A DNA stretch of 64,000 nt from Myxococcales bacterium (lineage in GTDB: Bacteria; Myxococcota_A; Polyangia; Polyangiales; Ga0077539), in assembly GCA_030652255.1 (NCBI GenBank), contig JAUSAZ010000012.1, positions 81,049 to 145,048 on the forward strand. The letters run 5' to 3'. Below are positions 55,806 through 64,000 of the stretch, in pieces. The translations under genes were made by a program, and so were the position numbers. Below the pieces are notes generated by a model. The model was not told the origin of the DNA. It made no database searches and saw only the letters and a program-made list of their open reading frames with translations. The first letter of the stretch is position 1, and each line of letters starts with the position of its first letter.

Positions 55806-56674
55806 GCGGCGCGGGCTTCCCCTCGCTGCTGCTGGCCCACGCGAAGCTGCTGGCCGCGCGGCGGCCGGGCCTCCGCCCGGGCGCGACGCTCCCGCGGCTG
55901 GAGCGCAGCGCCCGCGGGGTGGTGGCGGACCCGTCGTGGCTCGCGCGCTACCGCCGGGTTTGCGGCCTCGCCGACGACGGCGCGCTCCCGACGCTGGCGC
56001 CGCAGCTCATGGCCGCGCCGCTGCACCTCGCGCTGCTGGCCGACCGGGAGTTCCCCATCGCGGCGATGGGGATCGTGCACGTCGCCAACCGCACCGAGGA
56101 GCGCACCCGCCTCCCCGCGGGCGCTGCGCTCGACCTGGTTGCGCGCGTCGCCGGGAGCCGCGAGGCCGCGCTCGGGGTGGAGTTCGACCTGGTGACCGAG
56201 GCCACCCTCGAGGGCGCGATCGTGTGGCGCACCACGACGACGGCGCTGGCCCGCCGACGCGGGGAGAAGGGCGGCGCGCGCTCGAAGCGCGAAGAGACCG
56301 CGGCGGGCGTCGAGGGCGGGGCGCTGCGCTCGGCGATCGTGCGGGTGGCGGAGGACACCGGTCGCCGCTACGCGCGCATCGCGGGCGACCTCAACCCCAT
56401 CCACCAGCGGGCCTGGATGGCGCGGCCCTTCGGGTTTCGCACGGCCATCGTGCACGGCACCTGGACGGTCGCGCGCGCCCTCGCGGAGTGCGCGGACGAC
56501 CTCCCTGCGTGGCCGCGGGTGGCGGAGGTGCGCTTCCGCAAGCCGGTTCCGCTGCCGTCGTCGGTGGTGGTGTCGGCGTGGAGGCGCGATGACGGCGCGC
56601 TGGACATCACCGTGAGCCCGCCGAAGGGCGGCACGGCCCACGTGGAGATCCGCGTGGCGCCGCTCCGGGCCTAG
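55802..56674 (+). CDS. MaoC-like (double hot-dog) dehydratase
   Basis: C-terminal hydratase motif 'YARIAGDLNPIHQRAWMARPFGFRTAIVHG', plus an N-terminal degenerate hot-dog half. This is the 3' part of ORF 55163..56674. Confidence 0.75.
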   Translation: MSGAGFPSLLLAHAKLLAARRPGLRPGATLPRLERSARGVVADPSWLARYRRVCGLADDGALPTLAPQLMAAPLHLALLADREFPIAAMGIVHVANRTEERTRLPAGAALDLVARVAGSREAALGVEFDLVTEATLEGAIVWRTTTTALARRRGEKGGARSKREETAAGVEGGALRSAIVRVAEDTGRRYARIAGDLNPIHQRAWMARPFGFRTAIVHGTWTVARALAECADDLPAWPRVAEVRFRKPVPLPSSVVVSAWRRDDGALDITVSPPKGGTAHVEIRVAPLRA

Positions 56675-56884
56675 CGCCGCGTCCCAGAGAATGGGACCGG
56701 TCGGGCTGAGCACCCGCCCACGCCTGCGAGCACCGGCCTCGCCCTCCGAGGGGAGCACCCGCCCACGCCTGCGGTCACCGTCCTCGCCGATCGAGGGGAG
56801 CACCCGCCCGCGCCCTCGGTCACCGTCCTCGCCGATCGAGGGGAGCACCCGCCCGCGCCTGCGAGCACCGGCCTCACCTTCGCG

Positions 56885-57009
56885 CTGATGGTTGACCTCA
56901 TCTCGGCCGAAGCGAAAGTGGCGCAAACCGCTGGATCGCTGGGGTTCCGCGCGATGGCGCGTCACCCCAGGCAATAACAGGATGGACGCCCCGGGCACTG
57001 CCCGGGGCT
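56885..57009. repeat. Left arm of the perfect 125-bp inverted repeat
   Basis: I checked it block by block: it is the exact reverse complement of 57122-57246. The inner tip is itself a hairpin (ccccgggcaCtgcccgggg). Confidence 0.95.
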
Positions 57010-57121
57010 GCGGTCGGACGTCGCTTGCGCACCACAGAGCGACGCCCATCGGCGTGACAACGCCTCTGTTTCCGGACCGCATCGTGTCCCGATCGGCCTG
57101 ATGCCAGCGGCGGCCGTTCGG

Positions 57122-57246
57122 AGCCCCGGGCAGTGCCCGGGGCGTCCATCCTGTTATTGCCTGGGGTGACGCGCCATCGCGCGGAACCCCAGCGATCCAG
57201 CGGTTTGCGCCACTTTCGCTTCGGCCGAGATGAGGTCAACCATCAG
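57122..57246. repeat. Right arm of the perfect 125-bp inverted repeat
   Basis: Exact reverse complement of 56885-57009. This explains the two mirrored ORFs in the track that share 'MTSSRPKRKWRKPLDRWGSARWRVTPGNNRMDAPGTARG'. Confidence 0.95.
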
Positions 57247-57418
57247 ACCTTCGCGGGAGTGAGGTGCCGGTGGCTGAGGGCATGGGCGGGCGCTCCCCTC
57301 GATCGGCGAGGACGGTGCTCGCAGGCGTGGGCGGATGCTCCCCTCGATCGGCGAGGACGGTGACCGAGGGCGTGGGCGGGTGCTCTGCTCAACCCGTCAG
57401 AACTCCTGCGGGGAGGCC

Positions 57419-59077
<1,659 letters not shown>

Positions 59078-59155
59078 CGTTGCCACAGACGTAGGGCCGC
59101 GGCCGAACATTCGCCACCTGCCGCCTGGAGGGCGCGGCACCCATGTTCTCCCCTA

Positions 59156-60004
59156 ATGCCTCCGCCGCACCTCCCCGCCCTGCTCGCGCTCGCGCTCTCG
59201 CTGGGCTGCGACGCCCTGTTCGCGCAGACGCTTGGCCCCGCTCCGTGGCGCGGCCCGGTCGCCGCGCTCATGGCCCGCCGCGGAGCCCCGCTGGCGGTGC
59301 CGGGCTTCGGCGACGCGGTGGTGGTCGCGCCCGACAGCGGCGAGGCGCGCGTCGTGGTGGTCGCCGCGCACGGCAACTACGACCGCCCGGAGTGGCAGTG
59401 CGACGTGTGGCGCACCCTCGTCGCGGGGCGCGCGTGGATCCTCTGCCCCCGCGGCGTGGCGCGGCGCGACTCGCCCTCGGCCGACGACGTGCGCTTCACC
59501 TACGCGTCGCAGGCGGCGCTCAACCGCGAGGTGGCCGCGGGCCTCGCGGCGCTGCGCCTCGCCCACGGCGCGCGCGTCGCCGGCAGGCCCATCGTGTACG
59601 CGGGCTTCTCGCTGGGCGCCATCCTCGGGGTGGGCTACCTCCGCAGCACCACCGAGCCGGTGGCCGCGGCGGTGCTGGTCGAGGGCGGGCACTCGGCGTG
59701 GTCCGTCGAGGTGGCGCGCGGCTTCGGGCGACGCGGCGGCGGGGCCGTGCTCTTCGCCTGCGGGCAGGCGGGGTGCGCGCGCGACGCCCGGCGGGTGCAG
59801 CCCCGGCTCCAGGCGGCCGGGGTCGCCGCGGACGTGGCGCTGGCGCGCGGCGCGGGCCACTCGTACGGCGGCGCGGTGGCCGAGGCGATGCGCCCGGCCT
59901 TCGAGCGGCTCATCGCCCCGGCGCTCAGCCCGAGCGCAGCAGCGCCTCGGCCCGCTGCGCCCGGCGCGCGCGCTGCGCCACCGTCGCCCGCGCCACGCCC
60001 TTGA
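59156..60004 (+). CDS. Alpha/beta-hydrolase-like lipoprotein
   Basis: Lipobox 'LALALSLGC' and nucleophile elbow 'YAGFSLGAILG'. This is the 3' part of ORF 57335..60004. The 3' end is uncertain: the Pro/Ala tail overlaps convergent gmk by 80 nt. Confidence 0.6.
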   Translation: MPPPHLPALLALALSLGCDALFAQTLGPAPWRGPVAALMARRGAPLAVPGFGDAVVVAPDSGEARVVVVAAHGNYDRPEWQCDVWRTLVAGRAWILCPRGVARRDSPSADDVRFTYASQAALNREVAAGLAALRLAHGARVAGRPIVYAGFSLGAILGVGYLRSTTEPVAAAVLVEGGHSAWSVEVARGFGRRGGGAVLFACGQAGCARDARRVQPRLQAAGVAADVALARGAGHSYGGAVAEAMRPAFERLIAPALSPSAAAPRPAAPGARAAPPSPAPRP

Positions 60005-60533
60005 GCTCCTCGATGGCCGTCGCGAGGTCGTCGTTGATGATCAGGTAGTCGAAGAGCCCGTACATCGCGACCTCGTCGCGGGCGTTCTTCAGGCGCCGCT
60101 GGATGACCTCCTCGCGCTCGGTCCCTCTGCCCCGCAGGCGCTGCTCCAGCACCTCCCACGAGGGCGGCAGCACGAACACCGCCACCGCGTCGGGGATGGC
60201 CGCCTTCACCTGCCGCGCGCCCTGCACGTCGATGACGAACACCACCCCGCGGTGGGTCTCCCGGGCGAGCCGCACCCGCGACATCGACGTGCCGTAGCGG
60301 TGCCCGTGCACCTCGGCCCACTCGCAGAGGTCGCCCTCGGCCACCATCTCGTCGAAGCGCGCGTGCTCGACGAAGTGGTAGTCGCGCCCGTCGACCTCCC
60401 CCGGCCGGGGCGCCCGCGTGGTGTTCGACACGCTCTGCACCAGCTGGGGAAAGGCCTCCAGCAGCGCGCGCACCATCGTCGTCTTCCCCGCGCCCGACGG
60501 GGACGTGACGATCAGGTGGAGAAAGCCGTCCAT
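59925..60533 (-). CDS. gmk: Guanylate kinase
   Basis: P-loop 'VTSPSGAGKTT' and 'SVSNTTRAPRPGEVDGRDYHFV'. Confidence 0.93.
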   Translation of the reverse strand: MDGFLHLIVTSPSGAGKTTMVRALLEAFPQLVQSVSNTTRAPRPGEVDGRDYHFVEHARFDEMVAEGDLCEWAEVHGHRYGTSMSRVRLARETHRGVVFVIDVQGARQVKAAIPDAVAVFVLPPSWEVLEQRLRGRGTEREEVIQRRLKNARDEVAMYGLFDYLIINDDLATAIEELKGVARATVAQRARRAQRAEALLRSG

Positions 60534-60537
60534 CCGC

Positions 60538-61404
60538 TCACTCGACGTTCTGCGCCTGCTCGCGCATGCGCTCCAGGTCTGCCTTGAGGGCCACCACCCC
60601 GGTGGTCACCGCCGCGTCCGTCGCCTTCGCGCCCAGCGTGTTGGCCTCCCGCGCCATCTCCTGGAGCAGGAAGTCCATCCGCCGCCCGACGGCGCCCTCC
60701 TGCGCCAGCAGCGACCCCATCGCGTCGGCGTGCGCCCGCAGCCGCGTGAGCTCCTCGCTCACGTCCGAGCGCTCGCTCCACAGCACCAGCTCCTGCGTCA
60801 GCCGAGCCTCGTCGAGGCTGAGCTCGCCGAGGGCGCCCAGCACCCGCTGCCGGGCCCGCTGCCGCAGCCGCGCGGTCATCCCCGCGGCCTGCGCCGACAC
60901 CGCCTCCACGGCCTCGCTCACCGCCGCCAGCAGCGCCGCCAGCGCCACCCGCAGGTGACGCCCCTCCGCCGCGCGGCTCTCCTCGAAGCGCGCCACCGCC
61001 GTCGCCAGCGCGGCCTCCAGGGCCTCGCGCGCCGCCGCCGGCTCGTGCCCGCCGGAGCCCGTGAAGAGCTCGGGCATCGCGCCCAGCACCCCCAGCGGGA
61101 CCCGCTCGGTGTAGCCCAGCGCGTCGGCCATGCGCTGCATCGAGGCCAGCACCGCGCGCGCCCGCTCCTCGTCGAAGCCGTGGCCGCTCGCGAGCGCCCC
61201 CTCGAGGTGGCCGCTCACGTCCACCCTCCCCCGCGAGAGCTGCGCGCGCACCCGCTGCTCCAGGAAGACGCCGTGATCGGCGAGCTCGCGCGGGAGCCGC
61301 ACCCGCACCTCCAGGTAGCGGTGGTTCACCGAGCGCAGCTCCAGCGAGAGCCTGAGCCCCCCGAGGTGCGCCTCGCCCGCGCCGAAGCCCGTCATGCTCC
61401 GCAC
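60538..61404 (-). CDS. yicC: YicC-family stress-induced protein
   Basis: 'MRSMTGFG...SVNHRYLEVRVRLP' at the N-terminus and 'REANTLGAK' (DUF1732) at the C-terminus. Confidence 0.88.
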   Translation of the reverse strand: MRSMTGFGAGEAHLGGLRLSLELRSVNHRYLEVRVRLPRELADHGVFLEQRVRAQLSRGRVDVSGHLEGALASGHGFDEERARAVLASMQRMADALGYTERVPLGVLGAMPELFTGSGGHEPAAAREALEAALATAVARFEESRAAEGRHLRVALAALLAAVSEAVEAVSAQAAGMTARLRQRARQRVLGALGELSLDEARLTQELVLWSERSDVSEELTRLRAHADAMGSLLAQEGAVGRRMDFLLQEMAREANTLGAKATDAAVTTGVVALKADLERMREQAQNVE

Positions 61405-61422
61405 GGGTGCGCCGCCTCTCCG

Positions 61423-62361
61423 CTACGCGCCGACGGGGTTCGCGCGGTACCAGTCGATGGCCCTCTTCAGGCCCGCCCGCAGGTCGTACAGCACCTCGTA
61501 GCCGAGGAGCTTCTGCGCCGCGGAGATGTCCGCGAGGGAGTCGCGCACGTCGCCCGCGCGGCCCGCCTGGTACTCGGGCTTCACGTCGGTGCCGAGCTCC
61601 TCGTTGATGAGCGCGATGAGCGCGTTGAGGGACACCCGCGCGCCGCAGGCCACGTTGACCACCTCGCCCCGGGTGGTGGCCTTCGCCGCCAGGAGGTTGG
61701 CGCTCACGGTGTTGTCGATGAAGCAGAAGTCCCGCGTCTGCTCGCCGTCGCCGAAGATGATCGGCCGACCGCCGTTGAGGATGGTCGTCACGAAGCGGGG
61801 GATCACCGCGGCGTACTCGCTCTTCGGGTCCTGCCGCGGGCCGAAGACGTTGAAGTACCGCAGCGAGACGGTCTCGAAGCCGTACAGCTTGCCGAACACC
61901 GACACGTACTGCTCGCCCGCCAGCTTGCTGATGGCGTAGGGGCTCATCGGCCGCGGGGTCATCGTCTCGACCTTCGGGAGCGTCGGCGTGTCGCCGTAGG
62001 CGCTCGAGCTCGCGGCGTAGACCAGCTTGCGCACGCCCGCGAGGCGGGCGGCGTTGAGCACCGACACCGTGCCGCCCACGTTCGCCTGGTTGCTCGCCAC
62101 CGGGTCGGCCACGCTGCGCGACACGCTCGGGATGGCCGCCTCGTGGAACACCAGCTCGACCCCGTGCACCGCCCGCGCGATGGCCTCCGGGTCGCAGATG
62201 TCGGCCTCGATGAAGTCGACCCGGTTGCGCACGCGGTCGATGTTCTCCCGCTTGCCCGTCGACAGGTTGTCGATGACCCGCACCTCGGCGTTCTGCGCGA
62301 GCAGCGCGTCGATGATGTGCCCGCCGATGAAGCCCGCTCCCCCCGTCACCAGGACCTTCAC
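61423..62361 (-). CDS. NAD-dependent sugar-nucleotide epimerase/dehydratase (extended SDR)
   Basis: 'MKVLVTGGAGFIGGH' Rossmann motif and catalytic 'SPYAISKLAGE' (YxxxK). 312 aa. Confidence 0.88.
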   Translation of the reverse strand: MKVLVTGGAGFIGGHIIDALLAQNAEVRVIDNLSTGKRENIDRVRNRVDFIEADICDPEAIARAVHGVELVFHEAAIPSVSRSVADPVASNQANVGGTVSVLNAARLAGVRKLVYAASSSAYGDTPTLPKVETMTPRPMSPYAISKLAGEQYVSVFGKLYGFETVSLRYFNVFGPRQDPKSEYAAVIPRFVTTILNGGRPIIFGDGEQTRDFCFIDNTVSANLLAAKATTRGEVVNVACGARVSLNALIALINEELGTDVKPEYQAGRAGDVRDSLADISAAQKLLGYEVLYDLRAGLKRAIDWYRANPVGA

Positions 62362-62374
62362 GCGATCGCCCCCT

Positions 62375-62689
62375 TCACTTCTTGGGCGCGAAGAGCGCCG
62401 CCAGCTTCGACTTGGCCTTGAGCTCGCCCTCGTTGCTGCCGGGCTCGCCGTTCTTGAACGTGAAGAACGAACAGAAGTTCGCCGCCTCGCGGTCGGGGAT
62501 GTACTCGGTGATCTTCTCGCGGCACTGGTTGTGCGCGCTCACGTCCCAGAACTCGCAGTTCTTGCAGCACTGGAGGTCGGCGCCGCAGTGCGGGCACTGG
62601 TCGCGCCGGCCCATCTTCACCTCGAAGACCAGCTCGTTCTTGCACTTGTGGCAGAAGTGCTTCTTCTCTTCGACCTTCGGGATCCACAT
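62375..62689 (-). CDS. Small Cys-rich zinc-ribbon protein
   Basis: 104 aa with 'CHKCK...CPHCGADLQCCKNCEF'. G+C is lower and Lys content higher than in neighbouring genes, as expected for a conserved core gene. Confidence 0.65.
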   Translation of the reverse strand: MWIPKVEEKKHFCHKCKNELVFEVKMGRRDQCPHCGADLQCCKNCEFWDVSAHNQCREKITEYIPDREAANFCSFFTFKNGEPGSNEGELKAKSKLAALFAPKK

Positions 62690-62711
62690 GGCTGGGTTGT
62701 AGCCCTTCGCT

Positions 62712-63224
62712 TCAGGTGATGCCGCGACGGCGCTTCACCTGCTCCGTCACGCGTTGGTACTCGACCTCCCAGGTGCGGGTGCCCTCCTGGAAGTTCTTGA
62801 TCTGGTCGCGAACCTCGCGGTCGAGCTCCTCGTCGGCGGCCATGTGGCGCTCGAGCACCTTCTTGGCCTTGCGACGGATGACGTCGTCCTCGGAGAACAC
62901 CTCGTCGACGTGCGGCGAGCGCATGAGCATCACGATGATCTGGTTGAGGATGAACGAGATCGCATCCCCCCCGAGGCCGATGTTCTTCGCCTCGGCCATG
63001 GTCTTCTTGACCCGGGCGATGTCTTCCCGCCCGCCGCCCACCTGCTCGACCCGGTCTTTGGCCTTCTCGGTGAGGTCGCGCTCCATGCGCAGGTACTCGC
63101 GCAGCACGGCCTCGATGTCGGCCTCGACCTCGCGCGCGCTGGTCACCTCGATGTCCTTGTCGGCGGTGAGCACCCGCACGATGTCCATCGCGATGACCGG
63201 TACCTTGCTGGAATAGAGCTTCAT
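62712..63224 (-). CDS. DUF507-family protein
   Basis: Start at the internal ATG at 63224: 'MKLYSSKVPVIAMDIVRVLTADKDIEV...'. The charged helical protein resembles DUF507. Confidence 0.65.
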   Translation of the reverse strand: MKLYSSKVPVIAMDIVRVLTADKDIEVTSAREVEADIEAVLREYLRMERDLTEKAKDRVEQVGGGREDIARVKKTMAEAKNIGLGGDAISFILNQIIVMLMRSPHVDEVFSEDDVIRRKAKKVLERHMAADEELDREVRDQIKNFQEGTRTWEVEYQRVTEQVKRRRGIT

Positions 63225-63294
63225 GCAGCCGAAATCGTATGCCCCGCGGCCCCGCCGGGTGTCAACGCACGAGTGCACCCTCCCGGCCGACGGG

Positions 63295-63954
63295 TCACGG
63301 ATTCACCGCCGCCCCGGTGCCGAGCGCCGCCACCCGCTGCCGCAGCCGCCGGAGCAGCTCCGGGAAGCCCCGGTCGCGCACGATGCGGGTGTACCCGTCG
63401 CGGTACGACTGCACCAGCGACGAGCGGTTGGTCACGATGTCGTAGACGATCCAGTCGTTGGCCCGGCGGCGCAGGTGGTAGTCGATGGTCACCGGCTCGG
63501 TGCGGGTGTTGGTGCGCGACCGCGCCGTGGTGGGCACGACCACGGTCCCGTCGGCCGCCGTCGTGCCGGCGCCGTAGGTCACCGCCCAGCTGAGCGTGGA
63601 CTCCAGGTTGTTGCGGTAGTTGCGCTCGATGAGCTGCCGGAGCAGCGAGACGAAGGCCGCCTGGTCGGCCGCGGACTGCTGCCCGAAGTAGGGGTCGAGC
63701 GCGCGGCGGCCGAGCTCTTCGATGTCGAGCATGCCGTTGAGGATGCGCGCCACCTGGGCGTCGCGCGCCGCCGTGGCCGCGCCCGCGTCGCCGCTCTGGG
63801 CGAGCAGCCGGGTCACCGCGCCGAGGCGCCCCTCGACCCACCGCCGCGGGTCGGGGCCCGCGGGGCCCGGCTGCGCCAGCGCCGGAGCGGTCGCCAGCGA
63901 CGCCGCGGCCGCGAGCAGGAGAGCGCTGAAACCACGTCGATCAAGGATCATCAT
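63295..63954 (-). CDS. MlaC/Ttg2D-like phospholipid-binding periplasmic protein
   Basis: Signal peptide 'ALLLAAAASLATAPALAQ'. 'LDIEELGRRALDPYF...FVSLLRQLIERNYRN' and 'WIVYDIVTNRSSLVQSYRDGY' are typical of the toluene-tolerance Ttg2D family. Confidence 0.75.
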   Translation of the reverse strand: MMILDRRGFSALLLAAAASLATAPALAQPGPAGPDPRRWVEGRLGAVTRLLAQSGDAGAATAARDAQVARILNGMLDIEELGRRALDPYFGQQSAADQAAFVSLLRQLIERNYRNNLESTLSWAVTYGAGTTAADGTVVVPTTARSRTNTRTEPVTIDYHLRRRANDWIVYDIVTNRSSLVQSYRDGYTRIVRDRGFPELLRRLRQRVAALGTGAAVNP

Positions 63955-64000
63955 CGGCTTGTACCTCCGAACGCCATCGTGTCCACAGACGTGCTCGGGT

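Larger units (their letters stand above)
56708..57385. repeat. Composite nested palindrome: 4 x 45-bp tandem repeats, 125-bp IR-L, 112-bp core, 125-bp IR-R, 3 x 45-bp repeats (inverted)
   Basis: Left units are at 56708-752, 56753-797, 56798-842 and 56843 to about 56887 (gagcacccgccc...gaggg). Mirrored units are at 57247-295 (degenerate), 57296-340 and 57341-385. The element lies between two convergent genes. Confidence 0.9.

Noticed and set aside
56708-56887. 45-bp repeats considered as a CRISPR array
   Set aside because: The units abut directly with no unique spacers. A mirrored copy of the array lies on the other side of a perfect palindrome. No cas genes are in the window.
56892-57239. 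Two ORFs (69 aa + strand, 113 aa - strand) with identical N-terminal 39 residues
   Set aside because: The identity is a trivial consequence of the perfect 125-bp inverted repeat. The composition is Arg/Pro/Trp-rich, there is no RBS, and the ORFs run into the unique core. They are not credible genes.

Overview
Very GC-rich chromosomal segment; I did not compute an exact G+C value. Gene content points to Myxococcota: MJ0042-type zinc ribbons, Cys-rich 'CGxCG' repeat lipoproteins, a eukaryote-like Ser/Thr kinase, sigma-54 enhancer-binding proteins, and RCC1 and FG-GAP/ASPIC proteins. I support about 55 protein-coding genes. Many very long ORFs in the six-frame track are antisense or out-of-frame shadow ORFs typical of GC-rich DNA, and I rejected them. 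Recognisable housekeeping genes are yacG, atpZ-like/atpI/atpB/atpE, uvrC, hutH, katG, pssA, gmk and yicC, plus an SDR epimerase and an MlaC-like protein. Accessory content includes an MMPL transporter, a qNor-RIC-KatG stress cluster with its own sigma-54 activator, an ECF sigma/anti-sigma/RCC1 operon, a TetR-TauD pair and a BrxC/D(DUF2791)-like ATPase. I recognised no rRNA, tRNA or CRISPR array. My best candidate for an undescribed multi-gene system is the tightly coupled five-gene operon at 26146-37061: a ZnR-GYF-TPR membrane protein, a 1636-aa helical giant, a double-ZnR-TerB protein, a MoxR AAA+ ATPase and a polytopic DUF58 protein. Non-coding structure not explained by genes: (1) a REP-associated tyrosine transposase (RAYT) bracketed by inverted REP arms (3410-4076), with a related REPIN-like doublet at 965-1243; (2) a 678-bp nested palindrome at 56708-57385, with perfect 125-bp arms flanked by mirrored 45-bp tandem repeats; (3) a 43-bp hairpin tandem array at 2218-2409; (4) a GC-depleted 400-bp non-coding island at 12218-12631 that may encode a structured RNA. 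Other second-look items are a presenilin/SPP-like polytopic protein (10093-10878) and an orphan internally duplicated BrxD-like ATPase with a small acidic partner (41766-44137). All functional calls rest on motif recognition by eye. No database search was run.
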